Origin: Escherichia coli
GTDB taxonomy: Bacteria > Pseudomonadota > Gammaproteobacteria > Enterobacterales > Enterobacteriaceae
NCBI RefSeq assembly: GCF_045037415.1
Contig: NZ_CP173438.1
Direction: 5' to 3' (one strand)
Length of the DNA stretch: 64,000 nucleotides
Shown: positions 29,055 through 40,463 of the stretch, piece after piece
Position numbering within the stretch: the stretch's first letter is position 1
Layout of the letters: each line of letters starts with the position of its first letter
Notes under the pieces: model-generated
What the model was told of the DNA's origin: nothing
The model's database searches: none
The model's input: the letters and a program-made list of their open reading frames with translations, nothing else
Made by a program: the position numbers and the translations under genes

Positions 29055-29373
29055 GCTTTCCCCATCTTACTTAGTCTGTCAGGCGTGGTCAGTCGCACCG
29101 GACACAATACATGATTCTGCGGTTGGCTATCGGCAAGCGTGGAGTTTAACTTGAGCATCATTAAGCACATCACAGTAACCGCTGATCATAGCAAACCCTC
29201 TGAAGGCGGAATATCAGCAAATTCCTGGAGTTATTTCAACCTATTGACTTTTAATTTGATTTGAGGACGATTATTTATTAAGTTACATAAATGTAAATAA
29301 CGCGCAATTCACATTGCCGAAAGCGTGTCCGATATCGCACAATAACCGCTGATTTCACAGCATAGATCCCACG

Positions 29374-29934
29374 ATGAGCAAATCATTACAAAAACCCACC
29401 ATTCTGAATGTTGAAACTGTAGCCCGTTCCCGACTGTTTACCGTCGAAAGCGTGGATCTGGAGTTCAGCAATGGCGTGCGGCGTGTTTATGAACGAATGC
29501 GTCCAACCAACCGGGAAGCAGTGATGATTGTGCCGATTGTGGACGATCACCTGATCCTGATTCGCGAATACGCAGTGGGAACTGAATCCTACGAATTAGG
29601 TTTTTCGAAAGGATTAATTGATCCGGGTGAAAGCGTCTTTGAAGCCGCTAACCGCGAGCTAAAAGAAGAGGTTGGATTTGGTGCGAACGATCTGACTTTT
29701 TTGAAGAAGCTCAGCATGGCACCGTCTTACTTTTCCAGCAAAATGAATATCGTGGTAGCGCAAGATCTCTACCCGGAATCACTGGAAGGCGATGAGCCAG
29801 AGCCGTTACCACAGGTGCGCTGGCCGCTGGCGCATATGATGGATTTGCTGGAAGCCCCTGACTTCAACGAAGCGCGTAATGTCAGCGCGCTGTTCCTCGT
29901 GCGCGAATGGTTGAAAGGGCAGGGGCGAGTGTAA
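29374..29934 (+). CDS. nudE: ADP compounds hydrolase NudE (Nudix)
   Basis: 186 aa ORF with Nudix box (GLIDPGESVFEAANRELKEEVG). Confidence 0.92.
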   Translation: MSKSLQKPTILNVETVARSRLFTVESVDLEFSNGVRRVYERMRPTNREAVMIVPIVDDHLILIREYAVGTESYELGFSKGLIDPGESVFEAANRELKEEVGFGANDLTFLKKLSMAPSYFSSKMNIVVAQDLYPESLEGDEPEPLPQVRWPLAHMMDLLEAPDFNEARNVSALFLVREWLKGQGRV

Positions 29935-29935
29935 A

Positions 29936-30060
29936 TGCGTGAAGTTTACCTGATGCATAATGCTTATCAGGCTTACGAAGTTCCTGCAATTTATTGAATT
30001 TTCAATTTTTTGTTGGCCGGATAACGCGTTCACCCGCATCCGGCATAAACAAGTGCACTT
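29936..30060. repeat. REP/BIME elements between nudE and mrcA
   Basis: gccggataacgcgttcacccgcatccggc and gcataatgcttatcaggc palindromic units. Confidence 0.65.
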
Positions 30061-30074
30061 TGTCAGCAAACTGA

Positions 30075-30098
30075 AAAAGGCGCCGAAGCGCCTTTTTA
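30075..30098. terminator. Bidirectional rho-independent terminator (nudE / mrcA)
   Basis: aaaaaggcgc-cgaa-gcgccttttt. Confidence 0.7.
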
Positions 30099-30099
30099 A

Positions 30100-32652
30100 T
30101 CAGAACAATTCCTGTGCCTCGCCATTATCGATAATGGTCGTTCCCACCTCGTGCACCGCCTGTTGTGTCGGCTGCGTACCTTCGATGAAATACTCTTCGC
30201 GGCTGTTGCCACCATTAGCTAATTGCCCGGTGCTGCGATCGATATTCACCGTCACAATACCCGGTGGCGGCGTCAGCGGCTGTTCCGGTACACCTTCAAG
30301 AACGGCTTTCATATAAGCGTCCCATGCAGGCTGGGCACTCTTGGCACCGCCTTCGTAACCTGAGATCTGATCTTTAATCGCTCCGGAAGCCGTTGTATGA
30401 CCGAGATTACGACGGTGATCATCAAAGCCAATCCAGACCGAGGTCACAACGCCCGGACCGTAACCCGAGAACCACGCATCTTTCGAACTGTTAGTGGTAC
30501 CCGTTTTTCCGCCTATATCATGCCGTTGTAAATCACGACCTGCTCGCCAGCCAGTACCCTGCCAGCCTGGTTCACCAAAAATATTGGTGTTCAAGGCACT
30601 CTTAATCAGGAATGCCAGCGGAGTGTTGATGACGTGCGGTGCGTACTCCTGCGCGCCGGTCTTCGCCACTAACGCCTGATTTGCCTGCTCCAGCTGCGGC
30701 ATTGGTACAGAAACATTCTGCTGCTCGCGGGAGATAGCGACATCTTCAACATCGTTATTTTCCAGCACGTTCGATTTCTGCGTATCACCGTAAATCACCG
30801 GAATATCGCATTCCGGGCAGGCTACTTTCGGTTTCGCTTCGAAAATTACGCCGCCCTGATCGTTTTCAATTTTGCTGATAAACCACGGGTCCACCAGGAA
30901 GCCGCCGTTCGCCATGACCGCGTAGCCGCGCGCCACCTGCATTGGGGTGAAGGAAGCTGAACCCAGCGCCAGCGATTCGGTGTGGACAATGTTTTGTGCC
31001 GGGAAGCCGAAGCGTTGCAGATATTCTGCAGCGTAGTCGACGCCCATCGCCCGCATTGCGCGTACCATCACCACGTTTTTCGACTGACCCAGCCCCTGAC
31101 GTAAGCGAATTGGACCGGCATATTGCGGTGGTGAGTTCTTCGGCTGCCAGTCAGAACCGGCACCTGCATCCCAGCGGGAAATTGGCACATCGTTCAACAT
31201 ACTTGCCAGCGTCAGACCTTTATCCATCGCCGCGGTGTAGAGGAACGGTTTGATGTTGGAACCCACCTGACGCAGTGCCTGAGTGGCTCGGTTAAACTTG
31301 CTCTGATTGAAATCAAAGCCACCGACCAGCGCCATAACGGCACCGTTTTGCGGATTGATCGACACCAGCGCCGAGTTCACTTCCGGCACTTGCGCCAGCC
31401 ACCATGCATCGTCAACTTGACGAACCCAGATTTGCTGACCCGTTTGCAGAACATCGGTCACTTTACGCGGCGTCGGTCCCTGCTGAGTATCCGAACGGTA
31501 AGGACGCGCCCAGCGAACACCTTCCATACTCAATACGACGGTCGACCCGTCTGCCAGCATCGCCGTTGCTTCCTGAGGATTGGCGCTGGTGACTGCGGCA
31601 GGCAGCAGCGGACCATAGGTCGGCAGCGCCTTCAGCGTATCGGTAATCTTGTTGTTATCCCACGCCGATTCGCCCACTTTCCACAGCACATTTGCCGGGC
31701 CGCGATAGCCGTGGCGCATGTCGTAGTCCAGCACGTTATTACGTACCGCCTGCTGTGCGGCCTGCTGCACTTTGCGGGTGATGGTGGTGTAAATGCGATA
31801 ACCGTCTTCATAGGCACTTTCGCCATAACGGTTATACATCTCCTGGCGCACCATTTCGCTCAGGTATGGCGCAGAGAAAGCAATCTCCGGCGCGTGATAG
31901 TTAGCGTTAATCGCCTCAGTGCGTGTCTGATCGAACTGTTGTTGGGTGATATACCCTTCATCCAGCATCCGCGACAGCACGACGTTACGCCGCGCGACGG
32001 CACGATCCATTGAGTAGAGCGGGTTGAAGGTGGAAGGCGCTTTCGGCAGCCCGGCTATCACCGCCATTTCGTTCAACGTCAGTTGGTCGACAGTTTTACC
32101 GAAATAGACTTGTGCCGCAGCACCGACACCATAGGCGCGGTAACCGAGGTAAATCTTGTTCAGATAAAGCTCGAGGATCTCGTCTTTCGTTAGCAACTGT
32201 TCAATGCGAATCGCGAGGAAGACTTCCTTAATCTTGCGCATCAGCGTGCGTTCTGGACTGAGGAAGAAGTTTCTCGCCAGCTGCTGGGTAATGGTACTCG
32301 CCCCTTGTGACGCGTGACCGGAGAACAGCGCCACGCTTGCCGCACGGAAGATCCCCACCGGGTCAACGCCGTGATGCTCGTAGAAGCGGCTGTCTTCCGT
32401 CGCGATAAAGGCTTTCACCATCTCCGGCGGGATTTGATCCAACGTAACCGGAATACGACGTTTCTCACCGTATTGAGCAATCAGCTCGCCATCGGCGCTG
32501 TAAATCTGCATCGGAATTTGCAGGCGAACATCTTTTAATGTCGCCACATCCGGCAGTTGTGGCTCGATGTAGCGGTATAGGCCATAAATCGAGCCTGCTC
32601 CCAGCAGAATGCAACAGACTGCAAGGATCAAAAAATACTTTACGAACTTCAC
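30100..32652 (-). CDS. mrcA: Penicillin-binding protein 1A (bifunctional transglycosylase/transpeptidase)
   Basis: Listed 858 aa frame; 850 aa product inferred with GTG start at (M)KFVKYFLILAVCC; glycosyltransferase and SxxK transpeptidase motifs. Confidence 0.92.
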   Translation of the reverse strand: MKFVKYFLILAVCCILLGAGSIYGLYRYIEPQLPDVATLKDVRLQIPMQIYSADGELIAQYGEKRRIPVTLDQIPPEMVKAFIATEDSRFYEHHGVDPVGIFRAASVALFSGHASQGASTITQQLARNFFLSPERTLMRKIKEVFLAIRIEQLLTKDEILELYLNKIYLGYRAYGVGAAAQVYFGKTVDQLTLNEMAVIAGLPKAPSTFNPLYSMDRAVARRNVVLSRMLDEGYITQQQFDQTRTEAINANYHAPEIAFSAPYLSEMVRQEMYNRYGESAYEDGYRIYTTITRKVQQAAQQAVRNNVLDYDMRHGYRGPANVLWKVGESAWDNNKITDTLKALPTYGPLLPAAVTSANPQEATAMLADGSTVVLSMEGVRWARPYRSDTQQGPTPRKVTDVLQTGQQIWVRQVDDAWWLAQVPEVNSALVSINPQNGAVMALVGGFDFNQSKFNRATQALRQVGSNIKPFLYTAAMDKGLTLASMLNDVPISRWDAGAGSDWQPKNSPPQYAGPIRLRQGLGQSKNVVMVRAMRAMGVDYAAEYLQRFGFPAQNIVHTESLALGSASFTPMQVARGYAVMANGGFLVDPWFISKIENDQGGVIFEAKPKVACPECDIPVIYGDTQKSNVLENNDVEDVAISREQQNVSVPMPQLEQANQALVAKTGAQEYAPHVINTPLAFLIKSALNTNIFGEPGWQGTGWRAGRDLQRHDIGGKTGTTNSSKDAWFSGYGPGVVTSVWIGFDDHRRNLGHTTASGAIKDQISGYEGGAKSAQPAWDAYMKAVLEGVPEQPLTPPPGIVTVNIDRSTGQLANGGNSREEYFIEGTQPTQQAVHEVGTTIIDNGEAQELF

Positions 32653-32771
32653 TGGAAATTTCCCATTTAGTTTCATTTGGGCAGTTTATAAACAAACGCG
32701 CGGTAGTATAAAGGCAAGCCAGACGCATTGATATACCCGTCAGAGTGACGGGTGATAAGGAGATCATCACA

Positions 32772-33551
32772 ATGGCATTTAAGAACTGGCAAATTGGTTT
32801 GCATTTACAACAGCAAGAAGCGGTAGCGGTTGCTATCGTGCGGAGCGCAAAAGAATGCTTATTGCACCGCTGGTGGCGGTTGCCACTGGAGAACGACATT
32901 ATCAAAGATGGGCGGATTGTTGATGTGCAGCGGCTGGCTAACACGTTGTTACCGTGGAGTCGCGAACTGCCGCAGCGTCATCACATTATGTTGGCGTTTC
33001 CCGCCAGTCGCACATTACAGCGGTCATTTCCACGCCCGTCGATGTCCCTCGGTGAGCGGGAGCAAATGGCCTGGCTGTCCGGGACGATGGCCCGTGAACT
33101 GGATATGGATCCGGACTCCCTGCGCTTCGATTACAGCGAAGACTCACTCAGTCCCGCCTATAACGTGACTGCCGCGCAAAGCAAAGAGCTGGCAACGCTG
33201 CTTACTCTGGCAGAAAGGTTGCGTGTTCATGTTAGCGCGATCACTCCGGATGCCAGTGCATTACAGCGATTCCTGCCTTTTTTACCTTCTCATCAGCAAT
33301 GTCTGGCCTGGCGTGATAACGAACAGTGGCTGTGGGCGACGCGCTATAGCTGGGGGCGCAAACTGGCGGTGGGGATGACTAGCGCGAAGGAGCTGGCGGC
33401 AGCGTTATCTGTTGATCCCGAAAGCGTCGCGCTATGTGGCGAAGGCGGATTTGACCCCTGGGAGGCGGTTTCTGTTCGTCAGCCGCCGCTACCGCCACCA
33501 GGTGGAGACTTTGCCATCGCGCTGGGGCTGGCGCTTGGGAAGGTGTACTGA
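32772..33551 (+). CDS. hofM: HofM (PilM-like type IV pilus / DNA-uptake assembly protein)
   Basis: Start trimmed to MAFKNWQIGLHLQQ (259 aa); divergent from mrcA; first gene of hofMNOPQ. Confidence 0.85.
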   Translation: MAFKNWQIGLHLQQQEAVAVAIVRSAKECLLHRWWRLPLENDIIKDGRIVDVQRLANTLLPWSRELPQRHHIMLAFPASRTLQRSFPRPSMSLGEREQMAWLSGTMARELDMDPDSLRFDYSEDSLSPAYNVTAAQSKELATLLTLAERLRVHVSAITPDASALQRFLPFLPSHQQCLAWRDNEQWLWATRYSWGRKLAVGMTSAKELAAALSVDPESVALCGEGGFDPWEAVSVRQPPLPPPGGDFAIALGLALGKVY

Positions 33552-34090
33552 TGAACCCGCCAATTAATTTTTTGCCCTGGCGACAGCAACGCCGGACCGC
33601 TTTTCTTCGTTTCTGGTTGCTGATGTTCGTTGCGCCTTTGCTGCTGGCCGTCGGGATAACGCTAATACTGCGTCTGACAAGCAATGCCGAAGCACGCGTA
33701 AACGCCGTTTTGCTTCAGGCGGAACAACAACTCACCCGCAGCTTACAGATAACGAAACCACGTTTGCTGGAACGCCAGCAGTTACGCGAACAGCGTTTGC
33801 AACGTCAGCGCCAGCGACAATTTACCCGCGACTGGCAATCTGCGCTGGAAGCACTAGCGGCGCTTTTACCCGAACATGCCTGGCTGACAACGATAAGCTG
33901 GCAGCAGGGAACGCTGGAGATCAAGGGGCTTACAACAAGCATTACCGCGTTAAACGCGCTGGAAACGTCACTCCGCCAGGATGCTTCTTTTCATCTCAAT
34001 CAGCGGGGGGCCACGCAGCAGGATGCGCAGGGACGCTGGCAATTTGAGTATCAGTTAACAAGGAAGGTTAGCGATGAACATGTTCTTTGA
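33551..34090 (+). CDS. hofN: HofN (PilN-like)
   Basis: 179 aa, one N-terminal TM segment; start overlaps hofM stop. Confidence 0.85.
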   Translation: MNPPINFLPWRQQRRTAFLRFWLLMFVAPLLLAVGITLILRLTSNAEARVNAVLLQAEQQLTRSLQITKPRLLERQQLREQRLQRQRQRQFTRDWQSALEALAALLPEHAWLTTISWQQGTLEIKGLTTSITALNALETSLRQDASFHLNQRGATQQDAQGRWQFEYQLTRKVSDEHVL

Positions 34091-34514
34091 CTGGTGGTTC
34101 GCCACATCACTCCGCCTCCGCCAGCTTTGCTGGGCAGTCTGGTTGCTGGTGTTAGTTACGCTCATTTTTCTGTCATCGACACACCAGGAAGAGCGCGACG
34201 CATTAATTCGACTACGGGCGAGTCATCACCAGCAGTGGGCTGCACTGTATCGCCTGGTAGACGCCACTCCCTTCAGCGAAGAAAAAACGCTGCCCTTTTC
34301 GCCACTGGATTTTCAGTTATCCGGCGCGCAACTGGTTTCCTGGCATCCATCCGCGCAGGGTGGTGAGTTGGCGTTGAAAACGCTGTGGGAAGCAGTGCCG
34401 TCGGCATTTACACGGCTGGCAGAGCGCAACGTCAGCGTGAGCCGTTTTTCGTTAAGCGTGGAAGGTGATGACCTTTTGTTCACGCTACAACTGGAGACGC
34501 CGCATGAGGGTTAA
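34074..34514 (+). CDS. hofO: HofO (PilO-like)
   Basis: 146 aa, overlaps hofN by 17 bp. Confidence 0.82.
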   Translation: MNMFFDWWFATSLRLRQLCWAVWLLVLVTLIFLSSTHQEERDALIRLRASHHQQWAALYRLVDATPFSEEKTLPFSPLDFQLSGAQLVSWHPSAQGGELALKTLWEAVPSAFTRLAERNVSVSRFSLSVEGDDLLFTLQLETPHEG

Positions 34515-34908
34515 ACGCTGGTTGTTGGCAGGTATTGCATTGTGCCTTTTAACCGGTATGCGTGACCCTTTTAAACCGCCGGAAGATCTATGCCGGATTA
34601 GCGAACTTAGCCAGTGGCGCTATCAGGGGATGGTAGGGCGAGGCGAGCGCATCATCGGTGTAATAAAAGATGGGCAAAAAAAATGGCGACGGGTGCAGCA
34701 AAACGATGTGCTGGAAAACGGCTGGACGATCTTACAGCTGACGCCAGACGCACTAACGCTGGGAACCGGGACAAACTGCGAACCGCCACACTGGTTGTGG
34801 CAACGGCAAGGAGATACAAATGAAGCAATGGATAGCCGCACTACTGTTGATGCTGATACCCGGCGTACAGGCGGCAAAGCCGCAAAAAGTGACGCTGATG
34901 GTGGATGA
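34504..34908 (+). CDS. hofP: HofP (PilP-like lipoprotein)
   Basis: Start trimmed to MRVKRWLLAGIALCLLTG (signal peptide with lipobox-like Cys); 134 aa. Confidence 0.8.
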   Translation: MRVKRWLLAGIALCLLTGMRDPFKPPEDLCRISELSQWRYQGMVGRGERIIGVIKDGQKKWRRVQQNDVLENGWTILQLTPDALTLGTGTNCEPPHWLWQRQGDTNEAMDSRTTVDADTRRTGGKAAKSDADGG

Positions 34909-36058
34909 CGTTCCGGTAGCTCAGGTGTTGCAGGCGCTGGCTGAACAGGAGAAGTTGAACCTGGTGGTTTCGCCAGACGTCAGCGGTACGGTGTCGTTAC
35001 ATTTAACTGACGTTCCCTGGAAGCAGGCACTACAAACTGTAGTGAAAAGCGCCGGATTGATAACGCGCCAGGAGGGCAACATTCTCTCGGTGCATTCCGT
35101 TGCCTGGCAGAATGACAATATCGCCCGCCAGGAGGCGGAGCAGACGCGGGCGCAGGCAAATCTGCCGCTGGAAAATCGCAATATTACTCTGCAATACGCC
35201 GACGCCGGAGAGCTGGCGAAAGCGGGGGAGAAGCTACTGAGTGCCAAAGGGAGTATGACCGTCGATAAACGCACCAATCGCCTTTTGCTGCGAGATAACA
35301 AAACGGCGTTAAGCACGCTTGAACAGTGGGTATCGCAAATGGATCTGCCGGTCGGGCAGGTTGAGCTGTCGGCGCATATTGTCACCATTAATGAAAAAAG
35401 TTTGCGTGAGTTAGGTGTGAAATGGACGCTGGCCGATGCGCAACAAGCTGGTGGCGTTGGGCAAGTCACCACGCTTGGCAGCGACCTCTCCGTAGCGACG
35501 GCGACAACGCATATCGGTTTTAACATTGGACGCATCAACGGACGTTTACTGGATCTTGAGCTTTCCGCGCTCGAACAAAAACAGCAGCTGGATATTATCG
35601 CCAGTCCGCGTCTGCTGGCCTCACATCTTCAGCCTGCCAGCATTAAACAGGGGAGCGAAATTCCATATCAGGTTTCCAGCGGGGAAAGTGGCGCGACGTC
35701 GGTGGAATTTAAAGAGGCCGTCCTGGGGATGGAAGTCACGCCCACGGTGTTACAAAAAGGTCGCATCCGGCTGAAATTACACATCAGCCAGAACGTTCCG
35801 GGGCAGGTGCTACAGCAGGCAGATGGCGAAGTGCTGGCGATTGATAAGCAGGAGATCGAAACGCAGGTCGAGGTCAAAAGCGGAGAAACGTTGGCGCTGG
35901 GCGGCATTTTTACCCGTAAAAATAAATCGGGTCAGGATAGCGTACCGTTGCTTGGCGACATTCCCTGGTTCGGGCAATTATTTCGTCATGACGGAAAAGA
36001 AGATGAACGACGCGAGTTAGTGGTGTTTATCACGCCACGACTGGTTTCCAGTGAGTAA
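34820..36058 (+). CDS. hofQ: HofQ secretin (PilQ/ComE-like outer membrane DNA-uptake channel)
   Basis: 412 aa with signal peptide and C-terminal secretin domain; overlaps hofP. Confidence 0.9.
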   Translation: MKQWIAALLLMLIPGVQAAKPQKVTLMVDDVPVAQVLQALAEQEKLNLVVSPDVSGTVSLHLTDVPWKQALQTVVKSAGLITRQEGNILSVHSVAWQNDNIARQEAEQTRAQANLPLENRNITLQYADAGELAKAGEKLLSAKGSMTVDKRTNRLLLRDNKTALSTLEQWVSQMDLPVGQVELSAHIVTINEKSLRELGVKWTLADAQQAGGVGQVTTLGSDLSVATATTHIGFNIGRINGRLLDLELSALEQKQQLDIIASPRLLASHLQPASIKQGSEIPYQVSSGESGATSVEFKEAVLGMEVTPTVLQKGRIRLKLHISQNVPGQVLQQADGEVLAIDKQEIETQVEVKSGETLALGGIFTRKNKSGQDSVPLLGDIPWFGQLFRHDGKEDERRELVVFITPRLVSSE

Positions 36059-36458
36059 ACAGCCGTAAAAGCGGTAATGTTTTTACGCTGAACGTGTTTC
36101 ATCTATTTGACGCGCGCAGGTATTTAGCATACAAGGAGTACCGATTTGAGAGTTGGTGCTCTTCGCTGCCTGCGTTCCATGATGATGATTTATCATTCAG
36201 GCGGCATTTTGCTGTCTTTTTTACGCTAATCTTACCCGGTGATTTATCGCCAGAGCGGTGGTAGCAAGGCAGCGCGCTTGCAGCGACCAGATATGCAGAG
36301 GGATGGGTGATTTATTCAGTTGCCAAACCCGCTGGAGTATTGAGATAATTTTCAGTCTGACTCTCGCAATATCTTATGAGGTTTCAGTTCATGTCCTGCG
36401 GCGCTCTCTGAGCGAAGCGGGTTTATCATTAACGAATAGTCTTAGTAGTACCGAAAAA

Positions 36459-36980
36459 ATGGCAGAGAAACGCAATATCTTTCTGGTTGGGCCTATGGGT
36501 GCCGGAAAAAGCACTATTGGGCGCCAGTTAGCTCAACAACTCAATATGGAATTTTACGATTCCGATCAAGAGATTGAGAAACGAACCGGAGCTGATGTGG
36601 GCTGGGTTTTCGATTTAGAAGGCGAAGAAGGCTTCCGCGATCGCGAAGAAAAGGTCATCAATGAGTTGACCGAGAAACAGGGTATTGTGCTGGCTACTGG
36701 CGGCGGCTCTGTGAAATCCCGTGAAACGCGTAACCGTCTTTCCGCTCGTGGCGTTGTCGTTTATCTTGAAACGACCATCGAAAAGCAACTTGCACGCACG
36801 CAGCGTGATAAAAAACGCCCGTTGCTGCACGTTGAAACACCGCCGCGTGAAGTTCTGGAAGCGTTGGCCAATGAACGCAATCCGCTGTATGAAGAGATTG
36901 CCGACGTGACCATTCGTACTGATGATCAAAGCGCTAAAGTGGTTGCAAACCAGATTATTCACATGCTGGAAAGCAACTAA
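36459..36980 (+). CDS. aroK: Shikimate kinase I
   Basis: 173 aa product starting [19 protein letters not shown] (Walker A); the listed 240 aa frame is an upstream in-frame extension. Confidence 0.94.
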   Translation: MAEKRNIFLVGPMGAGKSTIGRQLAQQLNMEFYDSDQEIEKRTGADVGWVFDLEGEEGFRDREEKVINELTEKQGIVLATGGGSVKSRETRNRLSARGVVVYLETTIEKQLARTQRDKKRPLLHVETPPREVLEALANERNPLYEEIADVTIRTDDQSAKVVANQIIHMLESN

Positions 36981-37036
36981 TTCTGGCTTTATATACACTC
37001 GTCTGCGGGTACAGTAATTAAGGTGGATGTCGCGTT

Positions 37037-38125
37037 ATGGAGAGGATTGTCGTTACTCTCGGGGAACGTAGTTACCCAATTACCATCGCATCTGGTTTGT
37101 TTAATGAACCAGCTTCATTCTTACCGCTGAAATCGGGCGAGCAGGTCATGTTGGTCACCAACGAAACCCTGGCTCCTCTGTATCTCGATAAGGTCCGCGG
37201 CGTACTTGAACAGGCGGGTGTTAACGTCGATAGCGTTATCCTCCCTGACGGCGAGCAGTATAAAAGCCTGGCTGTACTCGATACCGTCTTTACGGCATTG
37301 TTACAAAAGCCGCATGGTCGCGATACTACTCTGGTGGCGCTTGGCGGCGGCGTAGTGGGTGATCTGACCGGCTTCGCGGCGGCGAGTTATCAGCGCGGTG
37401 TACGTTTCATTCAAGTCCCGACGACGTTACTGTCGCAGGTCGATTCCTCCGTTGGCGGCAAAACTGCGGTCAACCATCCCCTCGGTAAAAACATGATTGG
37501 CGCGTTCTACCAGCCCGCTTCAGTGGTGGTGGATCTCGACTGTCTGAAAACGCTTCCCCCGCGTGAGTTAGCGTCGGGGCTGGCAGAAGTCATCAAATAC
37601 GGCATTATTCTTGACGGTGCGTTTTTTAACTGGCTGGAAGAGAATCTGGATGCGTTGTTGCGTCTGGACGGTCCGGCAATGGCGTACTGTATTCGCCGTT
37701 GTTGTGAGCTGAAAGCAGAAGTTGTCGCCGCCGACGAGCGCGAAACCGGGTTACGTGCTTTACTGAATCTGGGACACACCTTTGGTCATTCCATTGAAGC
37801 TGAAATGGGGTATGGCAATTGGTTACATGGTGAAGCGGTCGCTGCGGGTATGGTGATGGCGGCGCGGACGTCGGAACGTCTCGGGCGGTTTAGTTCTGCC
37901 GAAACGCAGCGTATTATAACCCTGCTCACGCGGGCTGGGTTACCGGTCAATGGGCCGCGCGAAATGTCCGCGCAGGCGTATTTACCGCATATGCTGCGTG
38001 ACAAGAAAGTCCTTGCGGGAGAGATGCGCTTAATTCTTCCGTTGGCAATTGGTAAGAGTGAAGTTCGCAGCGGCGTTTCGCACGAGCTTGTTCTTAACGC
38101 CATTGCCGATTGTCAATCAGCGTAA
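37037..38125 (+). CDS. aroB: 3-dehydroquinate synthase
   Basis: 362 aa; NAD-binding [13 protein letters not shown] motif. Confidence 0.95.
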   Translation: MERIVVTLGERSYPITIASGLFNEPASFLPLKSGEQVMLVTNETLAPLYLDKVRGVLEQAGVNVDSVILPDGEQYKSLAVLDTVFTALLQKPHGRDTTLVALGGGVVGDLTGFAAASYQRGVRFIQVPTTLLSQVDSSVGGKTAVNHPLGKNMIGAFYQPASVVVDLDCLKTLPPRELASGLAEVIKYGIILDGAFFNWLEENLDALLRLDGPAMAYCIRRCCELKAEVVAADERETGLRALLNLGHTFGHSIEAEMGYGNWLHGEAVAAGMVMAARTSERLGRFSSAETQRIITLLTRAGLPVNGPREMSAQAYLPHMLRDKKVLAGEMRLILPLAIGKSEVRSGVSHELVLNAIADCQSA

Positions 38126-38216
38126 CAACAAGAAAGGTCAGGCCGCTTATCAAGCGGTCTATTAGCTTCAGGTTAATTGCAACGTGGTAAGCATTAACCT
38201 TTTAGTGGGGTGTTAA

Positions 38217-39503
38217 ATGGATGAATTCAAACCAGAAGACGAGCTGAAACCCGATCCCAGCGATCGTCGTACTGGTCGTTCTCGTCAATCTTCTGAACGT
38301 TCTGAGCGTACTGAACGTGGCGAACCGCAGATCAATTTTGATGATATTGAACTTGATGACACTGACGATCGCCGTCCGACTCGTGCGCAAAAAGCGCGTA
38401 ATGAGGAACCGGAAATCGAAGAAGAAATTGACGAATCCGAAGATGAAACCGTGGATGAAGAGCGCGTAGAGCGTCGTCCGCGTAAGCGTAAAAAAGCAGC
38501 CAGTAAACCCGCTTCTCGTCAGTATATGATGATGGGTGTCGGCATTCTGGTTCTACTGCTGTTGATCATCGGTATCGGTTCTGCGCTAAAAGCCCCCTCG
38601 ACCTCTTCCAGCGATCAAACTGCGTCTGGCGAGAAGAGTATTGATCTTGCAGGCAATGCGACCGATCAGGCCAATGGCGTGCAGCCAGCGCCGGGAACCA
38701 CGTCTGCGGAAAATACTCAGCAGGATGTTTCTCTGCCGCCGATCTCTTCTACGCCGACTCAAGGGCAAACCCCGGCGGCAACGGATGGTCAACAACGTGT
38801 TGAAGTGCAGGGTGACCTGAACAATGCGCTGACCCAGCCACAAAATCAGCAACAGTTGAACAATGTGGCGGTCAATTCTACATTGCCGACCGAACCCGCA
38901 ACGGTTGCGCCTGTTCGCAATGGCAATGCATCGCGTGACACGGCGAAAACGCAAACCGCTGAACGTCCGGCCACTACGCGCCCAGCTCGTCAGCAGGCGG
39001 TGATTGAACCGAAAAAACCGCAAGCAACCGTGAAAACGGAACCGAAGCCAGTCGCACAGACGCCGAAGCGAACTGAACCAGCTGCCCCTGTGGCGAGCAC
39101 AAAGGCACCGGCTGCGACTTCTACGCCAGCACCAAAAGAGACGGCGACTACGGCTCCAGTACAGACGGCATCCCCGGCGCAAACCACGGCAACACCAGCC
39201 GCTGGAGGGAAGACCGCAGGTAATGTTGGTTCGTTGAAATCGGCACCGTCCAGCCATTACACTCTGCAGCTGAGCAGTTCCTCTAACTACGACAACCTGA
39301 ACGGTTGGGCGAAGAAAGAGAATCTGAAAAACTACGTTGTCTATGAAACGACGCGTAATGGTCAGCCGTGGTATGTCCTGGTTTCTGGCGTGTATGCTTC
39401 GAAAGAAGAGGCGAAAAAAGCGGTATCTACATTGCCAGCAGATGTCCAGGCCAAAAACCCGTGGGCGAAACCGCTGCGTCAGGTACAGGCCGATCTGAAG
39501 TAA
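38217..39503 (+). CDS. damX: Cell division protein DamX (SPOR domain)
   Basis: 428 aa; acidic N-terminus, TM segment, Pro/Thr/Ala/Gln-rich linker, C-terminal SPOR domain. Confidence 0.92.
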   Translation: MDEFKPEDELKPDPSDRRTGRSRQSSERSERTERGEPQINFDDIELDDTDDRRPTRAQKARNEEPEIEEEIDESEDETVDEERVERRPRKRKKAASKPASRQYMMMGVGILVLLLLIIGIGSALKAPSTSSSDQTASGEKSIDLAGNATDQANGVQPAPGTTSAENTQQDVSLPPISSTPTQGQTPAATDGQQRVEVQGDLNNALTQPQNQQQLNNVAVNSTLPTEPATVAPVRNGNASRDTAKTQTAERPATTRPARQQAVIEPKKPQATVKTEPKPVAQTPKRTEPAAPVASTKAPAATSTPAPKETATTAPVQTASPAQTTATPAAGGKTAGNVGSLKSAPSSHYTLQLSSSSNYDNLNGWAKKENLKNYVVYETTRNGQPWYVLVSGVYASKEEAKKAVSTLPADVQAKNPWAKPLRQVQADLK

Positions 39504-39609
39504 TCAAGGTTATCTCCCGCAATGGTTTATCATTGCGGGAGTTGCCTGAAGCGCTGGATGCTGTCGGAGCTTTCTCCACAGCCGGAGAAGGTGTAATTAG
39601 TTAGTCAGC

Positions 39610-40446
39610 ATGAAGAAAAATCGCGCTTTTTTGAAGTGGGCAGGGGGCAAGTATCCCCTGCTTGATGATATTAAACGGCATTTGCCCAAGGGCGAATGTC
39701 TGGTTGAGCCTTTTGTAGGTGCCGGGTCGGTGTTTCTCAACACCGACTTTTCTCGTTATATCCTTGCCGATATCAATAGCGACCTGATCAGTCTCTATAA
39801 CATTGTGAAGATGCGTACTGATGAGTACGTACAGGCCGCACGCGAGCTATTTGTTCCCGAAACAAATTGCGCCGAGGTTTACTATCAGTTCCGCGAAGAG
39901 TTCAACAAAAGCCAGGATCCGTTCCGTCGGGCGGTACTGTTTTTATATTTGAACCGCTACGGTTACAACGGCCTGTGTCGTTACAATCTGCGCGGTGAGT
40001 TTAACGTGCCGTTTGGCCGCTACAAAAAACCCTATTTCCCGGAAGCAGAGTTGTATCACTTCGCTGAAAAAGCGCAGAATGCCTTTTTCTATTGTGAGTC
40101 TTACGCCGATAGCATGGCGCGCGCAGATGATGCATCTGTCGTCTATTGCGATCCGCCTTATGCGCCGCTGTCTGCGACTGCCAACTTTACGGCGTATCAC
40201 ACAAACAGTTTTACGCTTGAACAACAAGCGCATCTGGCGGAGATCGCTGAAGGTCTGGTTGATCGCCATATTCCAGTGCTGATCTCCAATCACGATACGA
40301 TGTTAACGCGTGAGTGGTATCAGCGCGCAAAATTGCATGTCGTCAAAGTTCGACGCAGTATAAGCAGCAACGGCGGCACACGTAAAAAGGTGGACGAACT
40401 GCTGGCTTTGTACAAACCAGGAGTCGTTTCACCCGCGAAAAAATAA
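39610..40446 (+). CDS. dam: DNA adenine methyltransferase (GATC)
   Basis: 278 aa; AdoMet motif FVGAGSVF and catalytic DPPY. Confidence 0.96.
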   Translation: MKKNRAFLKWAGGKYPLLDDIKRHLPKGECLVEPFVGAGSVFLNTDFSRYILADINSDLISLYNIVKMRTDEYVQAARELFVPETNCAEVYYQFREEFNKSQDPFRRAVLFLYLNRYGYNGLCRYNLRGEFNVPFGRYKKPYFPEAELYHFAEKAQNAFFYCESYADSMARADDASVVYCDPPYAPLSATANFTAYHTNSFTLEQQAHLAEIAEGLVDRHIPVLISNHDTMLTREWYQRAKLHVVKVRRSISSNGGTRKKVDELLALYKPGVVSPAKK

Positions 40447-40463
40447 TTCTCAAGGAGAAGCGG

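Noticed and set aside
36258-36458. In-frame N-terminal extension of aroK (240 aa version in the ORF track)
   Set aside because: aroK is recognisable from [19 protein letters not shown] at 36459; the upstream extension lies in the promoter region and has no kinase similarity.
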